Shown here: positions 57,201-64,000 of the stretch, piece by piece
Position numbering within the stretch: the stretch's first letter is position 1
How the letters are laid out: every line of letters starts with the position of its first letter
Source of the DNA: Thermoproteota archaeon
GTDB lineage: Archaea; Korarchaeota; Korarchaeia; Korarchaeales; Korarchaeaceae
Direction: 5' to 3'
Assembly: GCA_027491915.1 (NCBI GenBank)
Contig: JAOZGC010000002.1
Coordinates: 544,001-608,000 of the forward strand
DNA length: 64,000 nt
Notes under the pieces: generated by a model
Database searches by the model: none
What the model was told of the DNA's origin: nothing
The model's input: only the letters and a program-made list of their open reading frames with translations
Position numbers and translations under genes: made by a program

Positions 57201-60200
57201 GACAGCCACCCGGAATCGTTGAACCTCCCGTAGCCGTTCCCGGGATTCGGGTTGTACGGCGCCAGGATGGTGTCCAGCAGGCTGTTGTCCGTGGCGTTCC
57301 TCAGGGTGACGGTCAGGTAGTCGTAGTTCTCCGAGTCCCACGACTCCACCCTGTACCAGAAGTGGATCTCGCCCCCCCCTTTGGGGACCATGATGTCGTA
57401 GGAGGCCCACGTGTCCTCGCCCGCCGAGGTGTAATCCTCGGTCGCGTTCACCCTGTACCCCACCACCACCGAGTACCCCCCGAACAGGGGCAGCCCGTCG
57501 TCCGCGACCTGAGACGGGGTCCCGTAGGAAGAGTTGGCCAACACCAGGTAGGGGCCGGGCGGGCTCGCCTCCACGATGGACTCTATCCCGGCGGGGCTCT
57601 CGCCCCAGGACCACCCGGTCAGGGTGCCCGAGTCGGCCCCGCTGTTCAGGGTGTTCAGCTGGGACTTGGCCCCGTTCTCGAGCACGTCGAAGTAGACGTA
57701 GAAGGTGGATGTGGACGGGAGATCTTTCGGCAGGAGGAACTTCACCAGCCCGGAGCTTGGGCCCGTCGGGATGTACTCCTGTCGGGGGACCAGCGCCCCG
57801 CTCGGGTCCACCACCCTGACCGAGTTGTTGTCGAAGGTCCCCGAAACGTTGAGCCTGGACAGAAGGGACCCAAAGTCGACCGAGGCCAGGACGGTGTGCC
57901 ACGCCGTCAGGGCGGGGACCTTCAGCGGCACCCTGTAGTGCCAGTCCTCCCCCCGATCCGGTCCGTCGGGATCCCACCACGGGGGGACCCCGTACAGGAC
58001 GTAGTAGTACTGGTTGGGATCGTCGTAGAACACGACCTCGTCTCCCGCCTGATACCACTCGTCCACCCGGCGCGTCGAGTTGTTCCCCACCGCCAGGACC
58101 CCGCGGCATTCGGCCCCGGGGGGGAGGCGGACCTCGACCCTGCGCCAGGCTGCGGCCGACTTCCCCCCAACCTCAACCAGCAGCCTCCCGGCGCCGGCCG
58201 ATCTCACCCTCGGCGCCGGGGCCGGCTCCGGGAGGGGGGAGGAGGGCCTCTCGATGAAGACGGTGCCGCTCGAGTTGATGAGGACCTCCCCCCGCCCGAT
58301 CTCGATTTCCCTCCCGCCCGAGATGAGGCGGCCGCCGACCCACTCCCCCCCCAGGCGGAGGACGCCGGGCTCCTCCACCTCCAGCACCTTGACCGACCAG
58401 AGCGACTCCGTCCCCTCGGCCTCCAGCCCCGCGATCTCGTTTACCCTCGCCTCCCCCCAGCCCCCGCGGGTTGGGGCGGCCCCCGGGGTTCCGACCCGGG
58501 CCGGACCGGGCGCCGCCAGGACGAGTTCCACCCTACCGTCGGCCGACCCGTCCGGATCGGAGGGGCCCCCGTCCTCCACGGCGATGGAGACCGTATCCCC
58601 CGCCGGCCCGACGGCGGCCCTGACGGCCGGGAGGAGGGTGCGGGGGTCCAGCGCCGCGAGGCCGGCGGGCGCCGACAGGTTTGCGGAGAAGCCCGGGTCC
58701 CCCTCCAGGGAGACCCTCACCAGGGTCCACCCCTCCCACCTCCCCTCGCCGGGGGACAACCCCCCAGGCGAGAGGCACGCCCCGGCCGCCTCGACCGTCA
58801 GGTTCCCCACAGAAACCTCTGATCCGCACCCGGCCGTCACGTGCACCTCCACCACCTTGGAGGCCGTCAGGTTCCCGCGGGCCGCGCGGATCTCCAGCTC
58901 GTAGTCCCCGGGGTCTAGCCTCCCGAGGTCTATCCGGACCGACCCCTCCGCCTTGACGGAGCCCTCCCTCACCGGCCCGCCGCCCCCCCGGAGAGTGAAG
59001 TTCAGGGTGGCGTTCGCCGGCCGCCCGTCCTCCAGTACCCCTATCTCGACCTCGACCTCGCCGGCCGGCAGCCAGAGCTCCCCCCCGACCTGGAGGCTCA
59101 GGCCCCCCTCCGGGGCGCCGCCGGGGATCGAGACGGGGACCTCCTCCTCGGCCCCGAGCCCCATCCACTCGGCGGAAGCGACGACCACGTAGTCGCCCGG
59201 GGGGAGGTCGGGCAGCCTCACCAGGGCCTCTCCCCCCTCGGTCTCCGACGAGAGGGACAGGTTCTCCCCCCCGACCCCGGGGACAGTCACGGTCACGTTG
59301 GCCCCGTCCAGCGGGCCGGAGGCGACGCCGGCGACCGATATCCTCAGGGCGCCGTCGACCGCCGTCGCGTTGAGCGAGATCACGTCCACGAGGAATTCCG
59401 CCGACGCCTCCTCCTCCACCCCGGAGACGTTGGCCCTAACCTCCACCGAGTACAGGCCCAGCTCCACGGACGAGTTCAGAGGCACCTCGCACGCCCACCC
59501 TCGCCCCATGGGTCTAGGCCTCAGGGTTCTCTCCAATCCCCCCGGCAGCCTGAGAGTCACCTCGGGCGCCCCCGAAATCTCGCCCGACGATCCCACCGTG
59601 ATGCTGACGGTGTCCCCCGGAGAGTAGGCCCCCCTATCGGTCTCAACCCACACCAGGCCCGACGGGGCGGTGAGGCTAACCGAGACCTCCCCGTATACCC
59701 CGGCGGTGCTCGAGATTCGGATCGAGACGCTGTACTCCCCGGGAGACCAGGGCTCGAAGTTCAGGTGGCACGACCCCCCGGAAACCTCCCCCCGGACGGA
59801 CGAGTTCCTCCCGTCCGGCCCTCTTATCAGGGCTGTGGCGTTCCCGTCGACCGGGGACCCGTTCACCCCGTCCGAGACCGTCAGGTTCACCAGGCAGACT
59901 CCCGCCCGGCACCCAGCCCTTGCCCTCACGTCCAGGACGTCCACCTCGAACGCGGCCGACGCCTCCAATCCGCCGGCCTCGGCCGTCGCCCGGTACTCCC
60001 CCAGCGGGGTGGGGGTGCCCGGGAGGAAGATCCCGCGCCACCAGGTCTCGTTGATGGCCTCCACCTCCACCCGGAGGGTGGTCCCGGTCGGATCTGTCAC
60101 CTCCAGGGACGGCTCCCCCCTCCCGTTCCAGGCCACCCAGATGGTCACCCCCTCCCCCGGTCGGTGGACCCCCCCTCCCTCCACCCGGAGCCAGAGCGCC

Positions 60201-60841
60201 TGGGGGAGGTCCGCCGAGGCCGCCCCCTCCAGGGGCCCCGACTCGGCCCTGACCTCCACGGCCGACGATCCCGGGGGTATGGAGAACTCTGCCTTTCCCT
60301 CAGAGGCAGCGGCGATCTCCAGTCCGGCCGGGAGGACCACCAGGGTCAGGTTGGCCGGGATCTCCCGGCCGGAGACAGCCGAGGTCGTCCTGATCCTGAT
60401 CGTGAGGTTCTCGGCGTAGGGCGAGGGATCCACATCTACCTCGACCGCGTCGAGCGTGAGCTCGGTCGAGGCCAGGACGCCCCCCCCGGGGGACCTGACC
60501 TCCAGCCGGTAGGGGCCGGGGTCGAGCCCGGAGGTGTCAATCTCGAACTCCACCCCGGAAGGGGTCCGCCTCACCCCGGAGACCGGGGACCCCGGGAAAG
60601 CCTCGATCCTTCCACCGGGGTCGGCCCCGACCAGGGGCTCCGTCCACCCGGTCGGGGCGATCAGGAGCACCTCCCACGGTCCGGGGACTGTGCACTCCAC
60701 CCGCACCTCCTCCCCGAGGCCGTGCAGCCCCCCGCCCTCGACCCTTACGCCGGGCCCGCCGGGCAGCCCGGAGGCCCGGCCCGAGGCGCCAACCGCAAGG
60801 AAGATCAGGGCGAGCGGGATCACGGGGGAGGTCCTGGACAC
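51227..60841 (-). CDS. Giant (3204 aa) surface adhesin: MG2/Ig-like repeats, lectin-like and Ca-binding modules, beta-helix, pilin-like module, three DUF11 domains, TM, cytoplasmic PIN-like domain
   Basis: Signal peptide; TDRGAYSPGDTV; WWD...WHYRVP; LYDDGTHGD..ANDGEFT; GTLRQFLQNAN; PbH1-like repeats with NSGLGIDL...TSEFG; K-x-N-x-D.LP DUF11 repeats; TM-RRRR; about 125 aa tail. Confidence 0.85.
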   Translation of the reverse strand: MSRTSPVIPLALIFLAVGASGRASGLPGGPGVRVEGGGLHGLGEEVRVECTVPGPWEVLLIAPTGWTEPLVGADPGGRIEAFPGSPVSGVRRTPSGVEFEIDTSGLDPGPYRLEVRSPGGGVLASTELTLDAVEVDVDPSPYAENLTIRIRTTSAVSGREIPANLTLVVLPAGLEIAAASEGKAEFSIPPGSSAVEVRAESGPLEGAASADLPQALWLRVEGGGVHRPGEGVTIWVAWNGRGEPSLEVTDPTGTTLRVEVEAINETWWRGIFLPGTPTPLGEYRATAEAGGLEASAAFEVDVLDVRARAGCRAGVCLVNLTVSDGVNGSPVDGNATALIRGPDGRNSSVRGEVSGGSCHLNFEPWSPGEYSVSIRISSTAGVYGEVSVSLTAPSGLVWVETDRGAYSPGDTVSITVGSSGEISGAPEVTLRLPGGLERTLRPRPMGRGWACEVPLNSSVELGLYSVEVRANVSGVEEEASAEFLVDVISLNATAVDGALRISVAGVASGPLDGANVTVTVPGVGGENLSLSSETEGGEALVRLPDLPPGDYVVVASAEWMGLGAEEEVPVSIPGGAPEGGLSLQVGGELWLPAGEVEVEIGVLEDGRPANATLNFTLRGGGGPVREGSVKAEGSVRIDLGRLDPGDYELEIRAARGNLTASKVVEVHVTAGCGSEVSVGNLTVEAAGACLSPGGLSPGEGRWEGWTLVRVSLEGDPGFSANLSAPAGLAALDPRTLLPAVRAAVGPAGDTVSIAVEDGGPSDPDGSADGRVELVLAAPGPARVGTPGAAPTRGGWGEARVNEIAGLEAEGTESLWSVKVLEVEEPGVLRLGGEWVGGRLISGGREIEIGRGEVLINSSGTVFIERPSSPLPEPAPAPRVRSAGAGRLLVEVGGKSAAAWRRVEVRLPPGAECRGVLAVGNNSTRRVDEWYQAGDEVVFYDDPNQYYYVLYGVPPWWDPDGPDRGEDWHYRVPLKVPALTAWHTVLASVDFGSLLSRLNVSGTFDNNSVRVVDPSGALVPRQEYIPTGPSSGLVKFLLPKDLPSTSTFYVYFDVLENGAKSQLNTLNSGADSGTLTGWSWGESPAGIESIVEASPPGPYLVLANSSYGTPSQVADDGLPLFGGYSVVVGYRVNATEDYTSAGEDTWASYDIMVPKGGGEIHFWYRVESWDSENYDYLTVTLRNATDNSLLDTILAPYNPNPGNGYGRFNDSGWLSASYDLSAYEGELVRINFTVHTFSDDLYKTWAYVDNLTWANSTAVVEADMVEGFGVNVTAPRGVETYGPLEVRAAVDAAPESVVCRVYDPSGNLVASAPLYDDGTHGDPAANDGEFTNSDVYDIPPGAPLGVWRVVVLANDSTSSLLGPRYDGLIHIPGRPTGVNYTDFFNVGEAPFEVRANLTGVVFEDSWPLASGYGPADSPIGGARVGLFLDDGDGELDPYMDALVDVTSTSASGRYSFLAGNRTYLVAVDSRSLTSPRGLNPGRSWDETWAEQTYQVGWNGTAHSGEEKFGGADPTVSDACSLTVPFRDDFEVWSGWNNYLSGVVVRSSEQAHGGRYSLKKTLHNDPNGGYKLLGETVGWGYILQGYVYRPSGWSGGPIDRIGLENGSFDGYTFAVNHNTGKIWIDRRTDGSPTRISATVSWDPPEDSWYFWRMIFFENHTLAFQVLDQSGHVLAEVRATDSAYGEFDRVVVHGGWEYYVDDLMLWRPGSPCEHFSRVEAGKYRGESLDFGFSFDLVVNPADSDQDPSAPRTAQGTLRQFLQNANAISGADRSWFVMATPPNSGDASGAWWNIALNSTMGPLPQISDDDTSLNGTVFWPNGTVRDSNPGWMGSGWDVGVWGHHVRPFDRPEVEVDGWNSVALEVTGARCGISRLALYGGTVRGVGADNLAVQDNLVGMMANGSDPTPTGAYYGIGILGSTSGAMVRHNYVRVDNSGIRVETSSAQLASDVTIEENVVGAPTSGQTSTYDGILAIAYGGEIRNLTVRWNLVEDQVGAGMEVLGRVGGSLEENTVRHNGFSGGAPSPEDVGVVFFPNFSGGVIVRGNVIAGNAGSGLTVKSPAANVTISENSFYNNSGLGIDLDAGSADPNSDGDGDGVTENDGLLNSSAADWGVDYPVISVAGLEGDLLYVRGFLNSEGAGAGSPNFAGARVEVFLVNSSVGGDDLAGNYYPGTGELYGEGWIYLGNLTVDPAGNFSGWINLSGAAVTVEEGDLVTATASLPGNGTSEFGPDVRVGRLSLNLTVRKSIEPASPCEYNVTLNVTNWAYNPAVGILVYDEIPDGMGLTWEDPPHAGSSGGVYWWRVDLGPAGSADDSALVRYTMGSAACGSSDYELSEALEVGLDPPGGINLSAREFVEATLYPNGTAEVSRLWGLLTVSNPSPDPVYDVWVDLDPSGYSIYPDYPIPSNSTAAPPLHVPQLPPGGRVRWRYEADPSLADFPASASESTSYSAACGSPGVVRVEIRLDFSRDLRGVRLTKEIPGWLRPTSASASCGSVSIDGGVLNWTIGSVSAGQSCSATLRGRATLTASARLPAAILYYERDWASILGRVTSLRAVGPAAAGVEKNRTESGYLVRPSFENLASGLDYELDGVCVWEGGPPGGAGSRLVRCESPGAPVPPGGEWVGSWWPDPAAPDLPRYYASVNFTVTFHPSGSQIPLRGGGLVGAEVVEPDLACPRPGVRPRPPELRFTKEARPGTIGVGDRVGFRIVVENVGETRVSGVVLTDRLPPELRYVGGSGSVDGVPAEPARDGGSLTWSLPPLDPGEAADVEFEAEAVARPRGTDVVYNTVVYGGEEVARAAVRIVGGYPPGPARGPNVTAAPRLTLRKTCPAGGVALGSAVTFTISLENSGDGPSGEVVVEDRLPADLRYVAGTASPEAEYSSGTLRWRVGPLSPGEAFRASFQAVVVGGAGGEVVNSVTAGNLSADCALRVLPPPPNVSLSKAGSYLGGGAISYVVTVRSDGAADVTLVDNLPGGVRVVPGSLSVEGALVRAASASGGVVRVEARVGGGEVMVVSFRARASAGLTGDVINVAELPPYGLRASSVVTIPRSSLAAASFEGPLALPAAALLMLAIRRRRGGRLTLLDYGSLRFAALSGGGLEELTGGFRAAVSEATLSVAMGDPAVAPMVERLLVGGEVEVIGLDEGRFVEALALARGTGMGLELAAGLLAAAEVGVRGVALSDARGAALAADMGFEVILIPLLPGGGRR

Positions 60842-60847
60842 CGGGGC

Positions 60848-61642
60848 TCACCCAACCCCCCGGGAGGGGCCGCCGCGACCGGTCCTAGACCTGAGGATGG
60901 TCGCGATCCCCGCCGCCGCGACCGCCGCGGCCGCGGATCCCCAGAGCGCGGCGTAACCGGGCACCGGAAGCCTCGGCAGCGGGAGCCTGCTGGTCTCCAC
61001 CCGGACGTCCAGGGTCCGCCCCGGCCCCAGGCCGGAGAGGGGCCAGCCGTCCCCCTCGGGTGGGGGATCGGCGTAGGTTATGACCTCGCCCTCGGGTGGG
61101 GTGATCAGGAGGCGACCCCCCTCCACCTCGGAGGACAGGGGGCCCAGGGTCAGCCGCGACTCCTCGAACAGCACCCCCCTGGTCGAGACGCCCCCCACCT
61201 CGAACCGGATCTCGAACCGCTCGCTCTCCCCGGGCCTGAGGGGCTGCCACATGGAGCACCTGATGATCAGTGTGTCCCCCTCCCTCATGGCCACCACCTC
61301 GAGCTCGGCGCCCCTGGTTGGGTCCCTCCCCTCCAGTCCCTCCACCGAGAGGTTCCCTCCGCCCCTGGGGGCCAGCCTAAGGATCACATATCCGGGGACC
61401 ACCGGCACCTCCCCGTCGTTCCTCAGGACTCCGGCCACCCTGAACCCGGCCGAGCCCGAGTCGCTCAGGCTGACGTCAACGTCCAGCCTCTCGAAGACTA
61501 TCGGGTTCTCGGCCTGGGCCGCCGCGCCGCGGACCCCGGGGGACGCGAGGGCCAGGGCGATCGCGAGGATGAGAAAGAGACCGGGCGGCGGGATCGGTCC
61601 GACCCGGATCCCCCGCCCGAGCGGGCGCGTATGGACCCTCAC
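60848..61642 (-). CDS. Secreted beta-sandwich protein with a C-terminal TM anchor
   Basis: GTG overlaps the upstream stop (GTGA); signal peptide; LRNDGEVPVVPG, QPLRPGE, LPLPRLP followed by TM. Confidence 0.75.
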   Translation of the reverse strand: MRVHTRPLGRGIRVGPIPPPGLFLILAIALALASPGVRGAAAQAENPIVFERLDVDVSLSDSGSAGFRVAGVLRNDGEVPVVPGYVILRLAPRGGGNLSVEGLEGRDPTRGAELEVVAMREGDTLIIRCSMWQPLRPGESERFEIRFEVGGVSTRGVLFEESRLTLGPLSSEVEGGRLLITPPEGEVITYADPPPEGDGWPLSGLGPGRTLDVRVETSRLPLPRLPVPGYAALWGSAAAAVAAAGIATILRSRTGRGGPSRGVG

Positions 61643-63798
61643 CCTCGGCGCGACCTCCACCGCAGAAGGAGCGCCTCCAGCGCGGCCGCCGCCAGGACCA
61701 CCGCCGCCACCAGCGGCTCCGGCGTGGACGCCCCCAGCGCCACGCCGGCGCTCGGGGTGATCACGGCCGAGGCGTCGAGGGTGTTCCTGGGGTCGACGCC
61801 GACCACGTAGACGTCGGACACGTTGTAGTCTCCCGACCCCTGGAGGCAGTAGTGGACCACCACCGGGTTGTAGATCGGCATGTTGAGGTTGGGGTACAGG
61901 CCCTGGGCGGATATCACCACCTTTCCGCCCCCGGATATCCCGTCCTGGACCCAGGAGACCGTGAAGTTGGTCTCGCCCGGCTGGCCGTCGTAGACCGTGA
62001 AGGTGGACCCCTCCGCCCTGTCGGTCCCGTTGACGTTGACCGTTGAGTCGTCCACGGGGTACACGTGCAGGTGGACCGTCGTCCCGTTGGCCAGCACCAC
62101 CGGCTCGTCCCTGGCGTTCCCGCTCCCGGTGCCGGCGAACCAGTCGGAGAATCCCCTCTGGGGCGCCGGTATCGGGTAGCTCTTCCAGACGTACCCGGAG
62201 GAGTAGCCGGTCGGGTTGGTCTTCAGGCTGTAGTCCGGCGGGCTGCCGCCCGGATCGGCGTCCTGGGCCAGCATCGAGAGGGGCCTGAATATCATGTTCC
62301 CCTCGGTGGCCGCCGGGTTGGCGGCGAATCCGGCGGGCACGAGGTCGTAGAACTCCACGTAGGGGGTCGGCCACTCGCCCACGTTGTGGAGCTCCACCGT
62401 CACGCACACCACGTTGCTGGTGCCGTTCCCCCTGACCTCCTTCCTGGCCTTGACCAGGTATCCCCTGACTGCCCAGATCTTCTCCCTGACCACGTAGACC
62501 GAGTAACCGGACGAGTTCTCCCCGTTGATCGATCCAGTGTAGTTCCACCAGCCGTTGACCTCATCCCTCTGTATCCTGAACCTGAAGCTGGCCCACACCT
62601 TGGGCACCCCGGAGTAGGTGAAGTTATAGGGGGAGGAGGGGTGCCGGTAGGATGTGGAGGCCTCGCCCGGGCCCACCGAGGCCAGCGGGGAGCCGCTGGA
62701 GGTCTGGTTGGTCCCTGATATGAGCCCGGTCCCCGGATCCCTGCCGGTGGTGGCCCAGACGCTGGCCCTGACCACCTCGTAGTCGAAGGTCCCGCTCGTG
62801 TCGTAGAACACGGCGGCCTCGGTCCAGCTGTCAGCCTTCTTGGTCCCCTGCTCCTTCTGCGTCTCCAGATCAGCCCTGCCGACGGAGTACACGTAGCCGA
62901 CGTAGTTCCCGGTCAGGGTCCCCCCGTAGTGGAACTGGACGAAGATGGTGCCCATCCCTATCTTCTGGGTGCTCCCGCCCACCTCGGACAGGTCAGGCGT
63001 CCCCTGGATCTTGGCGTTCCTCAGGTGTACCGGGCTGCCCGCCGTCACGGTGAACCAGTTGTCCGGCCAGCTCCCATCCCCCGTCCAGTACAGCGACTTG
63101 CCGTCCGCCGAGAGCGACGTCCCCCCCGCGTCCGGGGTCCCGCCGTCCGTGAACACGGGGTTGTTGGCGGCGTTGGCCCACCCGTCGCCGGCCTTGTTGT
63201 CCGCCGGGAGGACCTTCCTGACCCTGACGCTGACCGAGGGCAGCGTGGTGTCGATGGTCAGATTGAGGCTTATCTGCTGGCTCTGCCCGTCCACTATCTT
63301 CTCCGGGTAGATGGACTCGCTGACCTCTATGGGGGGGCAGGCGGACATCCTCGACCCGTTGACCACGTACCGCAGGACCACCCTGTCCCCGGGGCGGAGC
63401 TCCGTTATGTGCACCCAGGTCATGGCGGCAGGGTCACCGTATCCGGCGGCCGGGTAGGTGTTGATCACCCAGTTGGGCGCCGACTCCTGGGTCACCGAGG
63501 CGTAGGAGGGGCTCTCCTCCACAGTCAGGGCGGTTATGTAGTAGCCAGAGGGCACCCCGCCCAGGTAGAGCGGCACCCACAGGTCGGACGCGACCTCCGG
63601 CGCGCCGTTCTTTATGGTCACGTTCCCGGTCACGTTCCACGGACCGCAGAGGGAGTGCACCCCGTCCGTCTCGACGGTCGCGTTGACGGACTCCGTCAGG
63701 TATATGCTCAGGGGGGCGTCCGGGTTTGCCGCGACCCTCAGGACGTAGGCCGAGGAGGAGAGGAGGAGGGACAGGACGGCGAATCCCAGGATTCGCAT
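61639..63798 (-). CDS. Pilin/S-layer-like surface glycoprotein with VGVDP and a PEP-TM-basic C-terminus
   Basis: Signal peptide, many NxT/S sequons, terminal CnaB/DUF11-like domain. From memory it resembles the uncharacterised M. jannaschii MJ1393/A. fulgidus AF2028 family (unverified). TTG at 63825 is an alternative start. Confidence 0.8.
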   Translation of the reverse strand: MRILGFAVLSLLLSSSAYVLRVAANPDAPLSIYLTESVNATVETDGVHSLCGPWNVTGNVTIKNGAPEVASDLWVPLYLGGVPSGYYITALTVEESPSYASVTQESAPNWVINTYPAAGYGDPAAMTWVHITELRPGDRVVLRYVVNGSRMSACPPIEVSESIYPEKIVDGQSQQISLNLTIDTTLPSVSVRVRKVLPADNKAGDGWANAANNPVFTDGGTPDAGGTSLSADGKSLYWTGDGSWPDNWFTVTAGSPVHLRNAKIQGTPDLSEVGGSTQKIGMGTIFVQFHYGGTLTGNYVGYVYSVGRADLETQKEQGTKKADSWTEAAVFYDTSGTFDYEVVRASVWATTGRDPGTGLISGTNQTSSGSPLASVGPGEASTSYRHPSSPYNFTYSGVPKVWASFRFRIQRDEVNGWWNYTGSINGENSSGYSVYVVREKIWAVRGYLVKARKEVRGNGTSNVVCVTVELHNVGEWPTPYVEFYDLVPAGFAANPAATEGNMIFRPLSMLAQDADPGGSPPDYSLKTNPTGYSSGYVWKSYPIPAPQRGFSDWFAGTGSGNARDEPVVLANGTTVHLHVYPVDDSTVNVNGTDRAEGSTFTVYDGQPGETNFTVSWVQDGISGGGKVVISAQGLYPNLNMPIYNPVVVHYCLQGSGDYNVSDVYVVGVDPRNTLDASAVITPSAGVALGASTPEPLVAAVVLAAAALEALLLRWRSRRG

Positions 63799-63918
63799 CC
63801 CTCGCAATCCTACCACCTTATTCAAGCTTTAGATTTGACTTTCTCGCCGATACGGCCACGGTCAAGCGAGTTTGAGATCCTAATAAACCCTGTAGCCGCG
63901 GATCCAAACGCCGGGACC

Positions 63919-64000
63919 TCACCTGCTCACGAAGCGGACCCGCGCGGCCGGCACCCCCGCGGCGGCCAGCCTCTCCCCTATCACCCACCTCAGCCGGTCG
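63919..64000 (-). CDS. 3' end of a gene running in from beyond the window
   Basis: Open frame DRLRWVIGERLAAAGVPAARVRFVSR* with typical codon usage. Confidence 0.4.
   Translation of the reverse strand, partial: DRLRWVIGERLAAAGVPAARVRFVSR

Noticed and set aside
1-64000. CRISPR array, cas genes, tRNA, rRNA, integrase or transposase
   Set aside because: No regularly spaced repeats, cloverleafs or catalytic motifs were recognised by eye.

Overview
Very GC-rich archaeal chromosomal DNA, probably from a thermophile of the TACK group such as Korarchaeota or Thermoprotei (inference from the archaeal-type LeuRS, TATA boxes about 25 nt before apparently leaderless starts, a C/D-box guide RNA, CydAA'-type cytochrome bd and many MNT-HEPN pairs). 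Housekeeping and metabolic content: a GH113-like glycosidase, carbamate kinase with an ECF transporter, a BMP/nucleoside ABC transporter, thrB/thrC, leuS, a flavodiiron protein, sfsA, cydAA', three radical SAM enzymes, an orphan m4C-type methyltransferase, a nitroreductase and an MFS-DUF47 fusion. There are five MNT-HEPN modules (two with degenerate MNT motifs, one frameshifted) and one VapBC pair. The best candidate for an undescribed system is a five-gene surface operon at 49.5-63.8 kb. It encodes a pilin-like protein (about 720 aa) ending in GVDP plus a PEP-TM-basic tail, and a 3204-aa adhesin containing a permuted copy of that protein joined at a GLDP junction. The adhesin ends in a cytoplasmic PIN-like domain, and the operon also carries two membrane-tethered winged-helix proteins. 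A second candidate (27.6-35.3 kb) groups a beta-propeller-TM-wHTH protein, a coiled-coil-wHTH protein, an HExxGH metallopeptidase and a KaiC/GvpD-like ATPase. No CRISPR array, tRNA, rRNA or intact transposase was seen. All family assignments come from motif reading by eye, not from database searches.
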